A stretch of DNA of 64,000 nucleotides from positions 62,001 to 126,000 of the forward strand of contig LSRY02000032.1 in the NCBI GenBank assembly GCA_001643675.2, given 5' to 3'. Made by a program: the position numbers and the translations under genes. The stretch is from Monocercomonoides exilis PA203 (lineage: Eukaryota > Protista > Preaxostyla). The notes under the pieces are model-generated. The model saw nothing but the letters and a program-made list of their open reading frames with translations. It was not told where the DNA came from and did not search any database. Below, piece by piece: positions 1 through 14,916 of this stretch (the first letter of the stretch is position 1; each line of letters starts with the position of its first letter).

Positions 1-3000
1 GCAATGTTCTGAGGGGCATCAACCTGAAAGTGCATTCGGGTGAGCACGTTGTGGTGATCGGGGCTGTGGGATGCGGCAAATCGTCTTTGTTGAATGCGCT
101 TTTGGGAGAAATGATGTGCACAGGAGGAAGAGGGTACATGCGAGGTGATGTTGCTTACGTTCCTCAGGTTTGGAAAATGGATGTTTTGAATTTGATATTT
201 TATTTTTTTTTTTTTCAATTTTTATTTTATTTTATAACATTTTATTGATGGATAATTATCTTTTTGATTGGGAATAAAACAATTAAATGTATCAACAAAA
301 TCTTAATCTGAATTCAATATTCCCCTTTCATCATCATCATCTTCTTCTTCTTCATCATCATCATCATCATCATCCCCACCCCACATTTTTTCCAGCTCCC
401 CTGGATTCTCAACGCCACCGTCAAAGAGAACATCCTATTCGGCAGCGAATACGACCCAGCCCGCTATTCTGAGTGTCTTCGCGTCTCTTGTCTCGATACA
501 GACTTGGAGTCTCTTCCAGGCGGCGATCAAACCGAAGTCGGAGAGCGGGGCATCACCCTCTCTGGCGGGCAGCGTGTGCGTGTGGCGCTGGCGAGGGCGT
601 GCTATTCTGCTGCGCCTGTTGTGCTGCTGGACGACCCGCTGGCTTCGGTTGATGCGCATGTCGGACAGAAGATTGTGGATGAGTGTGTGTCCGCATTTCT
701 AAAGGAAAGAACAGTGATTATGACAACACACCACACGAAGTACATAGGGAAGTTCAACAGAGTGGTGGAGATGGATGCGAAGGGGCAGATTGCTATGGAA
801 GGGGAGCCGGCTTTGTTTGCTGATCGAGTGAAGGAGAAAGGAATGAATGAAGAGTTGGACAGTCAGGGAAGCGAAGACTGCACGTCAGCAAGTGTCACAA
901 ATAATAATAATAACGGCATTAACAACAGTATTAACAATAACAATAGCAGTAACTTCACATTCAGCTTGAACAATAGCATCAGCAGCAGTGGTGGCAGTAA
1001 TAACAGTAATATCAACCGCAACATTAATAGCAACCTCTTTGAATCTCCAAAGATGCAGAAGATCAGCCGCTCTGAGCGTCTGATTGGTCCATCGCCTCTA
1101 TCTGCTCTAAGCAGCAGGCACCAGAACAAGCCTGTGCCATACAGGGACTCCGACGCACGCGCCATCACCACAGACGATGTGAGGCCTTCGATCACGCCTT
1201 CTGCACAGCTCACGTCTCCTCCGCCGATCTTGTCGTCGCCTGCACTCATTCAGCAGCTGTATCCGCATATTGGCGAGAATTCTTCTGGTTCTTCGGATTC
1301 TTCTTCTTCTTCTTCTGCTTCTGCTTCTGATTTGGATTCTTCATCTTCGACTCTGTTATCATCGTATTCTCCTCCTCTTCCTTCTTCTCCTTCTTCTTCT
1401 ATTTCTTCGGTTCAGTCATATTCCTCTCAATCTAACGAGTTGTTTTCTCTTCTTTCATCTCCTTCTGACTCACATTCTGATGCTGCCCCGCATATCGCTC
1501 ATCCAAAGGCTGTTGTTTCATCAGCTTCTATTTCACCATTTTCAACTTCATCATCATCATCATCATCCTCTTCTTCCTCTTCTTCCTCTTCAATGCATTC
1601 CTCAGATAATTCCCAGACACATCCCAAAGATTCCGTCAAATCTGACGTGAAAGACAAAGAAGCTGGGTTGTTATCTGTTTCAGTCAGTTCCAATGCAAGC
1701 GGCCGCCTCACAAGCAAAGAAGACATCAACACGGGGCATCTTCCTTTGTCTGTCTACACTTTTTACATCAAAGCTGCATCTGTTCCTCTTGTCATCCTCG
1801 TCTTCTCTTGTTTCCTCCTCTCTGAGCTGCTTCGCACAGCCGCACAATACGCCCTTTCTATCTGGTCTTCCCAAACACCCGATGAATCCCTGAGTCAAAC
1901 GTTCCATTCATCCGAAAGCGGAGGATCGCCTTCCAATGCTCTCTTCATCGTGTTTGTGCTGTTAAACTCTCTTTCAATTGCGATGCTGATACCGCGTGCC
2001 ATATGCCTCGTCATCGCTAGTCAGAAAGCAGCACGAACGATCAACAACAAAATCATCACAAGTCTTTTCTATGCGCCCATGTCATTTTTTGACACGACAC
2101 CCACAGGCAGACTCACAGGGCGGGTGTCAAAGGATATGCAGTCACTAGACACAACCATCCCCACATTCGTGTTCAACTTCTTCACCATCGTCTTCACACT
2201 CGTCGTTTCGCTCATCGGCGCGTGCGTCACACTGCCTTGGATGATTCTTGTGATCATCCCAGTCATACTGATATTTCTGGCAGCGCAGGTCTCCACATCC
2301 ACCGCCTCTCTTCGTATGCGCCGCTTCAACTCCCTCACCCGCTCTTTGATGCTCCACAACATGTCGCAGTGCGTGGCGGGGGCCTCGACCATCAGAGCAT
2401 TCGACCAAGAGCAGCTGTTCATGGACAGGCAGTTCTCCATCATCGACAAGAGCACCAGCTCCAACTTCTGGATCATGGCGATCAACCGCTTTTTGTCTCT
2501 TTTCACGGAGCTGGTTTCTTCTGGTGTGCTGCTGGTTATCTGCCTTTCTGGTATCTTCATGAAGCTCGGGAACAAAAAGCTGACGATGATCCCGATGGCG
2601 CTGACGCTGGTGCAAGATACGTTCGGCAACATTGGGCAAGTGGTGCGGCAGATGAGCCTGTTTGAGAACGACATGTCGTCTGTGGAGAAGCTGAAGGAGC
2701 TGATGGAGATTGAGCAGGAGCCAGAGGCCAGGAAAAAGTTGCCGAGTCCGCTGCCCCAGCCGTTGGCGTGCCGCAGCGATGGCGACTTTGAGAAGCAGAG
2801 CCTTTGGGTGAAAGCTCCAGGCGTGGAGGATAAAAGAAAATGTGAGTTATGTGAGAAAAATCCTGTTCCAAAGTCCTGGCCATCGCACGGGGAGGTGGCA
2901 TTTTCGCATGTTTCTCTGAGATATCGGCCTGGTCTGCCTGTGATTCTGCATGATGTTTCATTTGGAATTCCAGGCGGGTCGAAAGTTGGTATTGTTGGGA

Positions 3001-4088
3001 GAACGGGATCAGGAAAGAGCACAACGCTGTTAGCGCTTTTGAGGCTGGTGGAGATTGAAGGAGTAAAGAATAAAAGAAGAGCATCTGGATTGAGTGAAAA
3101 GGAAGAGGAAGAAGAGGAAGAAGAAGAAGAAGAAGAGCAAACAAATGGAAAAGAAGATGATACAGTAAGTCTGCTAAAAACTAAAAAGAAAGATAAGTTA
3201 AAGAGAAAGAAAGATGTTGAAATGGAAGGTGAAAGCGATGAACAAACAGGGAAGATTCTGATTGATGGCATTGACATCTCGAGACAAGCAGGCCTTTTGG
3301 ATGTACGTCTTGCGATGGCTACAACACCTCAAGATCCGATTCTGTTTGAAGGCACAATCCGCTTCAATCTCGACCCGTTCAACGAGAAAAGCGACAAGGA
3401 GCTGTGGGAGGTGCTGGAGAGAGTGGGGATGAAGGAGAAAGTGAAGAGCCTAGGACACGGGCTGGACTCTGGTGTGGCAGAGGATGGGTCGAACTTCTCT
3501 GTGGGACAGAGGCAGCTTCTGTGTCTGGGGAGAGCGCTGCTGAAAGGCGCAAAGATCATTCTGATGGACGAGGCGACAGCAAGCGTGGATTTCGAGACAG
3601 ACAATAAGATTCAGGAAGTGATAAGGAATTGCTTCAGCGACTGTACAGTGATTACGATTGCTCATAGACTGTCGACAATTGCAGATGGCGACCTGGTTCT
3701 GGTGATGGATGATGGTAAACTGGTTGAGATGGGGTCTCCAAAGGTGTGAAATTGCTAAATATTCAAGGATTTTAGAATGATAATTGATTATTTTTAATCT
3801 TATTCTATTTCTTTCTTTACTTATATAAATATTTTTCATTTTCAAATAAATAATTAGGATTTATTGTTTGCGGAAAATTCACATTTCAAGTCTCTTGCTC
3901 TTTCTGGAGGAGAAGCACATCTTCGGCAGCTGCAAGCCATTGCTGCCTCGTTGAATAAAGCGAACCCAAACGAGCAAACTGACACCCCGATGCTTCCTTC
4001 CAATGAATTCAATGACACTCCATTGCAGAATAAAGAAGAGGAACTTAAAGAGGAAAGTGATGAAGAAATAGCACCAGTGTTGCTGTAA
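1..4088 (+). CDS. ABCC/MRP-family ABC transporter, 5'-truncated (NBD1-linker-TMD2-NBD2); exons <1-167, 396-3743, 3858-4088
   Basis: NBD1 has Walker A GAVGCGKSS, YVPQ|LPWILNATVKENILFG across intron 168-395, LSGGQRVR and the degenerate Walker B VVLLDD typical of ABCC. TMD2 has the FFDTTPTGR motif. NBD2 has GRTGSGKST, FSVGQRQL, ILMDEATA and IAHRL. Intron 3744-3857 (GT..AG) joins a final in-frame exon. Confidence 0.93.
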
Positions 4089-4604
4089 TTTACTTTTTAT
4101 TGTTTTGTCATGTGTTTTTCGAGTGTTTCAGTTGCTTTCTTTGATAAGCAAATTAAACATTTTGGAAATTTGACTATTTAATGATTTATATTCAACTTTT
4201 GCTTTTTTTTTGAGATTTATTTATTTTGTTTTTTATTGTGATGGATTATTTATTTGCAACATCTTTTATTGTTAATGTTTGTACTATGATTTTCATTTTA
4301 TAAATATTTTGATATTCATTTAAGAAAGTTTTCACAAATAGATTGAAAATTAAAATGAATTGTTTGAAAAGGAATTCCACAATAATATTTGTTTTCAGCT
4401 CCAAACCTATTTGAAATACAAATTTCAAAATAATTGAAATCATTTTCATTAACTTTTCAAATAAAAAGCGTAAAATCGATTTGTTAATCCCACAAGCAAA
4501 CAAATAACTTTCAAATAATGAAAATGAAAAAATTTAATAAAAATAAAGGAAAAGAACAAAGAAAAGAAAATAAGAAAATTTCGCAAATTTATATTGAATT
4601 TCAT

Positions 4605-7600
4605 TCATCCTTCTTTCTTCGAAAGATAAGAGAGAATTTTATCTGCAATCTGAATGCTTCTTGGAGAGTCAGATCCGCTTTTGACATTCTTTGCATAAAA
4701 GATAAACATCTCCATCTGCTTTGATATTTGCTCTTTCACAAAATTTTGCATTAACGGAAACAGACCTATTGAAACAATGTTATTTATAATGTCACTGCTT
4801 TTTTCGCAGTCTAACTGACTTTTTTCTTCAACAAGATTTTTCATTTCATTATTTAAGTTATCCATAATTTCAGCAAACACCTCATCCAGTGATTCATCCA
4901 AATGTTCGCTGAAACTGTTTCCCTGGGCTTTTCCAGTGACATTCTCCCAATTCTCGTTCAATGGGTCTGGAAGCGACAAGGCCACATACAACATAAGCGG
5001 ATTGGATGATATACATGAACGCACAAAATGCATAAAGTACAATGTTGTTGGCTTCTGCTTCCAAAGATGGAATTTTGGGGATTTATTCAGTTGTTCGTTG
5101 AAAATCGTTCGTACGCTCGCATAAAGTGTTGCAAGTTGTCCCTCTGCAAAAGAAAGTTCAGAAAGCAATTCAGATGAAGATTCCAACGGATCAGTAGAAG
5201 AAGATGATGTCGAAGAAGAAGAAGAAGAAAGAGAAGAAGAAAACAAGGAGAAGGGAAATGAATGCGAAGATTGAGCCGAATTATCCGATTCATGTTTTTG
5301 TTTGGCTTCAGTTAATACTCCCAAAAATGAAGAAGATGGATTCAACTGAGTTTTTGCTGCATTTCTTCCAAAGTGGAGTTGAGGCAATTTCATATGCAAA
5401 CTCAAAATATCAGTTGAGCTGTCTTCAGCGAAAGAAGACAAGTCTTCAGAACAATCGCAGCCTGCTGTGCAGTGATTGTGTGAACAGGTTGTGAAAAACA
5501 GCAATATTTCCAGAAGCATCAGCAGCTCTCTGGCTGGATACGCAAATGTCGGGAGTGGCCCTGTTGATTTGTCGCTGATCATCCAATCAGCAGCCACAAA
5601 TGGAAGCAAACTCGGCCGGTATGTTGCGAATTGTATTTCTGACCGTTTTGAAATCAGATTTGAAAGCGTCGTTTGGCAAGCAAACGCCAAACTGATCAAA
5701 AATGCTTCGAATTCACTTCTATAAAGCTGAATGGTATTTTCATCCAGTTTCTCCTCGTCTTCAATTATGAGCGACAGGTCATACATGTAATACACTATTC
5801 TATTCTTCCTGAGATCCTTCATGATTGGAGGAGTGTGTGTAGGGTCAAGCGATCGCTCATGTTGATTCTCAAATGCCTGGTTCACCGCAAAGTTGGAGCA
5901 TATAAGCAGCGTAAACGCAAATGGCGTGTTTCCTGGAGCCATCTGCTGTATTATCGGAGCAAACGGAAGCAGAAAGCGGATGAGGCGGATTGCAGACAAA
6001 CGCAGTACGCGATCTGTGCGGCAAGTTGTGAAAGGCACAAGCATGTGCATGAAATTCAGTGTGACTTCGTCTGAAAATGAGCAGAATTGAGTTTTGATTG
6101 GATTAATGTTGGATGTGACTTTTGTTTTTATTGACCAATTGTAAAATGATTCTTGGTGAGAAGCAGGGGAAGAAGAAGATGCTGGGGAAGAAGAAGATGA
6201 TGATGACGATGCCTCTTCAATCTCCATTTTGCCAGTTCCGTAATTAATGTATTGCTGAAAGCTGGTAATTGACTCTTCATCAGGAAACAGCGTACCATCA
6301 ATAATCTGATAGTTGTCCATGCACATTCCAAACATTTGCCTGAGCATGAAATATCGAGTAATAAGCACCTCAACAAAATTCAGCAATAACTGCTGCTCAA
6401 CAGAAATATGATTATTGCTGACTGCTGCGTTGTAAATGTCTTCGTTTATAGATTCGTTGATATTCGACAGAATCGCTTTGATTGCATGCTCTTTTCTTAA
6501 TTCAGCTTTAAAGTGGATCGAAGATTGCTTCGACTTGTCATTGACTGGAATGAAGAAGAAGAAATCCAAAACTGCCAATTGGCAGCTGGGTACAATCAGC
6601 CGGCCGAGTTTATTTCTCTTCAAGCCTATCCGCCCAGATTCACCAACATCACTTTCTAAACTGAAATTCACGAGCGATATGGGGAGCAGTCCTTCGTCTG
6701 AATCCCAGAATTCTGGTGTGGCAATCGTGTACACATCAAGAAACCGTGCCTGAATTGGAAACACACAGTCAAGGATAAACCTCCAGAAGAGATGTTTTTC
6801 CTCGTCAATTCCCCCTTTCTCTTTGAACAAAGCGGAAATAACATTATGTCCAGCAGCAGGACTAGCACGCACCATCATCCCAATGAAAGCAAGCTCAAGA
6901 GCCTGCAGAGTCTTATCTTGTTCGGTCAGATAATAAGTTATGTGAGACATCATCAGATTAAGATCAGCGGCTTGTCCAAAAGAGTCGATAAAGCTCCTAT
7001 CCACACATGAAAACAGCAGCAAGAGGTGCATCATCGCTTCCATAAGTGTCCTTCTGGAAGAAGGAAACCTGTGTCCAGTGGAACTTCCGCTGCAGTTAAA
7101 ACTCTCAGTTAACTTGCTGAGCAAGGCAGCCAGCGTAGTCGTCTGCAGCAGCGCCTGTTGGTCAGCAGAAGAAAACATCTTCAGGCTTGTATGTGAGAAC
7201 ATCTCAATCTCCAGTTCAATGAAGAGCTTGATGATTTTCTGTGCGCATTGGCAAGACGTTGTTGCAAGGCTCACAAACAAGAACAGCATTTTTGCCCACT
7301 CCAACTTTTCAGCGACGCTTGGACCATAAGTCTGGAGTCTCTCACCAAGCGTATTCGCCAATGACATCAAGAACGAATCGCTGATCTGCACTGAAGAGAG
7401 AGAGAAGGATGACGTTGGAAGTAGCTTCTTCTGGACTTTCATCGCAGAAATAAGCCAAATCAGAAGACAGCAGTACGACTCGAGGTATTTGCGCCCTGCC
7501 GGCTGCAGGTCAAGCTCAGTTTTGAAACCGTTCTCACCAAATTCGAGAAGCGCCGGCAAAAGCAGCTTCAGCATCTCCAAATTGAGCAATCCATCAGAGA

Positions 7601-10600
7601 CAGTTGGAAGCGTTGTGGCTGATTTTGATGAAGTTGAAGTTGAATTTGAAGAAGATGATGAAGACGATGAAGAAGTCGCAGCAGGCGAATCCCCGAACAC
7701 AAAAAATGACGGGTAATATGCATCAACGTCTACAGAGAGGGCACTTTTGTATGTGTAATATTTCTGAAAGCTGTAAGTGTTGATTTCCTTTGGATCGTAC
7801 GTGTTGATTTCAGGCACCCACTGCGGTGTCTCGTCGATGAGATGCGACGGAAGCGAAAAAGTGAACGACATCTGCGCCAATCGATCGGATGTGAATGCAA
7901 AATGTTCCTTTGGTATAACGTTTGCTGCCTTTGCAGGAGAAGAAGACTCAGAAGGAGAAGAAACAGGAGATTGAACGTTTCCAAGAGGAAGAAGCAAAAT
8001 GGAGTGGCCAAAGTACAACTCGGGTGGAGCATCCTGTTTGTATGCGAATGAAAACGGAGTCAAAATCACATCAGATTCACAAAGCGGGTGCTTCCGTTCA
8101 TTTCCTTTAATAAAGCTGGTTTCAGGTAAAATATAATCATCATCCTTTGAGGAATATACAGCCAGTTGTGTCTGTTTGATGGCTCTTTTGTCCTCCAGCT
8201 GGAGCAACGCCATTCTGATTATTCGCAAAGCCGCCTGCCTCACATTCGTCACCTCCGTGCTCACTGAGATAGAGAACAGATACGCCCGCAGAGTCGGCGC
8301 TGTCACAAGCAGACGAGCAAAGTGTTCGTTTGAATGAGCGTATATCCCAAGGGCAAACAGGATCGGCAAAACAAGACTTCGCACTTTCGACGAAGTATCG
8401 CGTATGTCCTGTGGAATCTGCAAAAGCAGCGACTCAACTGATTCTCTGCAGATCGGCAGAAGATCAAACTGCTGCTGCAGTTCTTTTGAATTTGGTGTGT
8501 CAGTTTCGCGTGTTTCTGGGTTGATGCGCACACGTGTTGTGATGGCATCAAGGAATATTGAAAGCCAGTCGTTGTTCACTGTATCTGAGTGCATAACGAG
8601 CTTTTCTGGAGAATTGAGGAGCCAATCCAAGCCGTACTGCTCCCATCTGCTTGCGGTATTTCCTGGTTCTTTGGCATCCTTCATGCTTTCGGTTGCATCG
8701 ACAGCAAGTGAAGGATTCACAATGATTGCATTCCTGATGCACAATGAGCAAAGAGCAGAAATATGACGAATGGCTCTTGTTGATATCAATGTTTGCACAA
8801 GCTTCTTCGAAAGAACTGGAACGTAAATGCGTTGGAGAACTTGTTGGTTTAACTGAGAGTCAGAATCATCATCATCATCATCATCTGCCTTCTCATTTTC
8901 AAATTCAGAGTTTGACTGCAAAGTCAATTTATCAGAAGAATTCATAATGTCCAGATATGATGGCGGTGATGGAGGCAAAAGCGGGCTTGGGCAGAAGAGA
9001 GGCGTTGGAGCAGTATTCAAAACAGCGCGATAAATGAACTGTCCATATGCACTGAAAGGAGAAGGAGCAAAACGCAAGGAGTTTATCAGCATTAGCAGAA
9101 GAGAAGTGGCTGCCTCGCGCGAGACAGAAGGCGACGGCAGCTTTGACACGTCGAATTTCAGAGGCTGGGCTGAATGGAGCTGCTTGGCAAACAGCGTCCA
9201 CTGGTTATATGGAGAGGCATTGAAGCACAAGAAGTCGTGTGCTCTGGCAAACAGGCCGCAGGAAAGCAAGGCAGCAGCACAGATTGGAGAAGCTGAGCAG
9301 GCGTCGCGCAGGAAGAAGAAAAGAGGGATGAAAAGCGGAGCTCTTCTCTGTTTGCCTGGAAGCGTGTTCAAAAGACAGGCAAAGAACGAAGTGAGGTCTT
9401 GGATGAGCTGTGAAGCGATTAGAATGTTCTGTGGTTTTGTTGAAGATGATGTTGAAGAATGAGAAGAAGAAGAAGTCATTGCACCTTTAGTGCCTTTAAC
9501 TTTTGCATCTTTTCCTTTCGTTGATAGTTTTCCATTGCATGTTTCTTGAGCAACAGCATTCGATGAGACCTTCAGCAGCGAATCAATCGAGTTCGTAACA
9601 GAGCATACTGCAGTCAGCAGAACCCTCAAAAACGACAGCCGGATCTGCACATCATCACAGTTGAAGAGAAAGTCCTTCACAATACACGCAGTTGCTGGGA
9701 ATTCCGATCCCAGCTGGACGAATTCTCCGTCTGACAGCTGAACAGCAGAAGGAGAAGTGGAAGAATAAAGAGAAGCTGATGATTGAGTGATGCTGTTAGT
9801 TGTTGTTGAACTCCGAGAAATTAATTCCAAAGCGGAAGTTGTCTTCTTCTTCTTCATTTCGTCTGAATTTGCTTTCTCATCAAACGGCTTCCCTCCCAGT
9901 GATTCTTTCTTTTGCAGGCAGGTCGCTCTTTCCTTCGCCTCGTCCGCCTGAAGCTGCGAAAGCAGATAGCGGAAGAGTAAAAGAGACAAAGTGGGCGATG
10001 AAACAAGCAGCTGTTCTATTTCATTGCACCACAACGCAAACTCCTTCCTTTTTGATGAGTGCGAAAATGTGTGGAGCACAAAACGGATCCAGAAGAAGAG
10101 GCAATTTGAAGCGATATCTGAGCTGTTGGGTGTTTGTGTCTCTGCCAAGGTTGTTTCTTCCATCAAAGCAGCCTTTCTGCTTGTTATTGCAAGCGACAAC
10201 TGATCCCGTGCTGCTTTCAAGAACATCTCGTCTTCTCTTTCGAAAAGAGTGTTTTGTGAGCATCGCAACTTCGTCACGACACTGCGAGCAAAATTGTAGA
10301 AAGAAGGTGAGAAAATCTGCTGCTCTCTTTCTTTTTCCATCCGCTGCTTCGCCTCAAACAGCTGAATTGCAGCAGAATCAGAGGAATCAATCCCTTCGCT
10401 CCGGAGCACGTCTGTAGATATGGGCGGAAGGATCGGGTGTTCCGGAGATGGGAAAGGCGGCTGTGGATGCATACGGACAAACGGGAACTGCATTCCAGCG
10501 GCTGTCGCTTCCTTCATATCTTCCTCCACAACCCAGTCGTCAATCGGCTCCACCCGCTCGTAGATCAAAATGTACGCTGAGTTCGTCTTCAGAACTTCTG

Positions 10601-13600
10601 CTTCGCCCATCCGATAGAAAGAGCTGACTGAGCCAAACGTCGTGCTGCTGTTTTTCTTGTCTGGCCCGCCAAAACACAAGTCCGGCAGTGCTTTGGGGTC
10701 GATCACTCGAATTCTGTGGTCGTTGAACTCGTACCAGTTGAACGGCGGGCTCCGCTCGCGGATGTACGAAATGTAGTGCCCGCTCTGCGCAGAGCCGGAG
10801 TGGTTGATGACACCCTGCAGGCGGAAGCGGTAGTAGCTGTCTGGCCGGAAGATCTCTGCTTTCCTCTCCACAGACATCGGCTTGTCGGGCTTGTATGGGT
10901 CAAACGTCTGCGTCTTGAACAGTGCAAAACGCACATTCCGCCACCGTTTTGAAGGAGTGAGCCCTTCTTCTGCCTCCAGCATCGACTCACATGTGTACGG
11001 CTTCAGGTCCAACTCCTCCTCAATCGGAAACTCAAACAAGGTGTTTATTTTCGGGCTTGTTCCGGTGCGCTGGTTGTACTCAAACCTTCTCAGGTTGATG
11101 ATCATGGTGTTCGGCAGATCCTTCAGCAGTATCCTGTTCACCATCTCTGGCTTTGTTGTGGGCGAGGTCGATAGTAATATGTTGCCTTTGGCTTCTTTCA
11201 TTTCTTCTTTACACTTCGAACAGCCCCGTGTCTCGATAACGCTGCCTTTCACCATCGCCCTCAGTGCTTCGTCGAGCGTCTTCATCCCTTTCACATCCAC
11301 AGGCAGTGTGTAGAACCCATCAACATCCGATGCCTCATGCCCATTCGAGCACAGATGGTCGTTCATTGCATACCCTCTGAACAGCCTCCGCACAAAGTTC
11401 GGCTTCTCGAACACATCCAGCTGCACTTCGAGCTTGTTGATGAGGCACCCAAAGAACTCGTGTGCGTCACAGTGGACTCCTGCCACCGCTTTCTTCCTCT
11501 CCATGTCGCGGTAGGAGTCCAAGAACGGGGCCAGGTCGACTCGCTCTCTGTGCAGCGGGTTGTCCTGCATCTCTGCGAAGAGGAAGCGGAGGGACTTCCA
11601 AATGTCACTGTACTCGTCTTTTTCTTCCTGTGTGAGGTGCTCTTTCGTCCACCGCGCTGTCTTCTCATCAACCACGCTCGTGATTGGCGGGAATAGCCCG
11701 TCGAACATTCGGCTCATCTGCTCCAGCTCCTTCCGCTCTGGATGAGCAACACGCCTTTCGGCCTCTGACGCTGCTGGCTGAGGCTCCATCAGCAATATGA
11801 GGGAGCGGAACTGGGTGTGCATAAACAGCTGGGAGAAGGTGGAGATCATGTAGCACATCGAGTTCGGGTTGTGGATTCCTCTGTACTTCTGAATCACTGA
11901 AGCTGATTTGCCCATAGACGAGCTGTGCATTGCCACAACTGAAGAGCCTTGTGAATGTCTGTTTGCGTCGTTTGCCTTTGGAGCGTATGCGTCTGACAGC
12001 ACAAAGCGGAACGTGGTGTAGAAGCGGCTGTCTTCCATCGCCTGCGTCTCGTTCAGAAGCGACACGACGCAGGCAGTGTTCTGAGGAGAGTCCTGGCACA
12101 GCGACAGGATCAGCTCCAATACAACTTCGCGGATTTCGTAGTCGGTCACCACGAAGAAGTCGGGAAGTTGCACTGCGCTTTTAACATTGCTTCTTCTCTT
12201 ATCGCTTTCTTGTGCTTCCTTGTTTCCATCTCTCTGCTCGCTTGTTGTCTGGTCAAATCCGCTTATCAGGCGGTGCTTCCACAGATATTCGATCAGATGA
12301 TGCCCTTTGTGACTATTTGCATCTTCAGTTCCAATAAACTCCTTCATATTCATTTGCTTTTCTGCTTCATTCCCAATTTTCCTCTGATTTTTGCTCGTCT
12401 CTTCCATTTTTCCGATTTCTAACTGTTTGTTTGCATCATCACCCTCTCTGCTATTGTTGGTCTCTTGTTTGGATTCTAAATATCTGAAGCTCGTGTTCAG
12501 TGCAGAAATCAGAGGATGAAGCGGAAGAGGAATACGAAGTTCCTTTTCTGCGCTGTTGTTTTTGTTATTGCTCTTTTTCTTGTTGATAGCTGAAGAAATA
12601 GGCAAAATCGTGCTTTGAGCTGAACAAATAGGAGAAGAAGAAGACGACGAAGAAGAAGAAGGAACCGTTGAAGACGATTGCTTGCACTCATTTTCTGTGT
12701 CTTCTGCTAATTCTTCCGCGTTCGTCGGCTTTTCTTCACTCAGAAACGCCTCAGGCAGCGCACAATACAGCATCGTCTGTGTCTTCACGAGCATCGACAG
12801 AATTTGAGTGAATCGAATTGAGTAAGTTCCGCTCTGCTTGTTCAGATTGAACAGGTCGTGGAGAGTGTCGATGAGAAACACAATGTGGCTTTGTGATGGA
12901 GCATACAGCGCTACTTCAGCTGGAATTGAGAGAGTAACAGAGAAAATATTCAGAAGAGCATTCATGAGCGATTCTGCGGCTGTTTCCTGGCATTCATCCA
13001 AGGGCAACTCAGAGTGTGGTTTTGATGAGATTGGGTTATTAATTTCAGTGTTTATGGGATTAGATAGAGAAAGAAGGAAATCGGATGGAGTGAATGGAGC
13101 AATGGCAGGCGCAGAATCAACAAGCGAGCAAAGGAGAACCAGCAAAACTGGCTCTGCTTCAGCAGAAAGCATAACAGTTCTTACGAGTTCTGTGTAAGAG
13201 TCAATGAATGCGAGGACCAGCGCATACACAACACGAATAGCTTCCTTCTGGCTGGCTGGGAGTGCGGCCACGGAAGCAGAGCCAACAGAAGAATGATTCA
13301 GGATTTTGATGGCATCGACGTATGACTGAACTCTGTTCTCTGAAAAGGAAAGAGGGGTTTCTTGTGTTGGGTAAGGGTGAAGTGTCAGAAGCTCTATGTC
13401 TTCGCTGACACGCTTTGCAAAGATATCTTCTTCTTCCATGGCGGAATCGAAATCTGAGTCAGGAGCCTGCAGCAGAAGCACAAGAAAACGGGGAATACGC
13501 ATTTCTGAGGAAGACGCGACGAGGGATGTGGTTGTATTGAATGGGCAGATGTGTGTTGGTTCTATCAAAGATGAAGAAGATGATGATGATGATGAAATTG

Positions 13601-14868
13601 AAGAAGAAGGAAGAATTTGCTGACCTTCTTCAATTCTCTCGTTGCATGCAGGAGCAGACGAAAGAAGCGTGCAGTCAGTTGTGATTTTGGATACAAGATA
13701 CAAAAACAGCTGGAGAAGGCGGAGGAAGAAAAGCAGCGTTTGCGAAGATTGCACAGACAAGGTTGAATGGGAGCTTTCGTTGCCTTGCGTCAATGATTGA
13801 ATAACAACAACAGATGGGATGATTGAGAAAGCATAAGTCAATGTGTGTGTGAAGAGCGAAGGAGCTGCTTGTGAAGGAGAAAGAGATGGAGACAGGGAAG
13901 GCAGAACAGCTTGTGAACTTGAGGATTTTTTGGAGGAAAGAGAAGTTTTCTCTGTTTTATGGGGTTTTGTGTTTGAAGATGGTTTTAACATGTCTTCTTC
14001 TTTTTCTTCTTTTTCTTTGCCTTTTTCACTTTCTTCTCTCGGTGAAACATCAATAGCAAACACAGAAATGATCCTAATAAGCCTGATGAATATGTGTCGT
14101 GGAAGAGGTCTCAACCCAACATTCATCTGATCTTTATGTTCAAACGAAGCACTCAAAAACAGAGAAATGATGCTGCTCAGCCCGCCGCTCAACACAAACC
14201 GCTGCCGCCACGTCTTCAGCAGCTCTTTTTCTGTCTGCCCCAAATCGACATTGCACAGCGCCTTTACTTTGTTTTCTCTCTGATTGCTTTTGTTTAGTTG
14301 TTTGAGCTGTGTGTTAAGCTCAGCAAACGACTGGGTGGCTTCGGTTTCGTCGATCAACGCCTCCAACTCCATCAAAGTTGAGTTCAATGCATCAAAATCA
14401 AAAGTGTTCTTTTTCTTTTCATTCAATGACATCTCTCCATCCACTTCAATCTCATCCATTTCGTCCTCAAATTCACTGAAATTTTGGTTATTTCTGTTAT
14501 TCTTTCCATTTTTCTCTTCCTTTTCTTCTTCTTCACCCACATCCAAACCACTCGAATTCTGATTCTGATTCGAATTCTCATTCGGGTTCGGAAACAGCGC
14601 CATCCAGTCAGTTTCCCACGAGGCTGCCAGTATTTCATTGCGTTTTGTAGCTCTCACTGGAATCTGGCTGAGCACAACACCGCAAAGCAGGCCCAGATGC
14701 GGCAGCTTTGCTGGAATCGCCTTCAGATGATGCGAGGCAGACATCATTCTTTCGGTTGGTTTGGCTCGTTTAGGGATTGCTGGATGAGAGGAAAGAGGGT
14801 AGATGTTCACAAAGGAAGTGATTGCATCGTCCAATAAATCAAAGATGGAAGTAGAAGAAAAAGAAGAC

Positions 14869-14916
<48 letters not shown>

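Noticed and set aside
2069-3277. 402-aa antisense ORF and the many other overlapping ORFs (e.g. 9800-10417, 24787-25308, 47729-48328, 54978-55577, 60029-60625)
   Set aside because: These are shadow frames of well-supported genes, caused by GC-rich codons and stop-free triplet repeats. They have no motifs.
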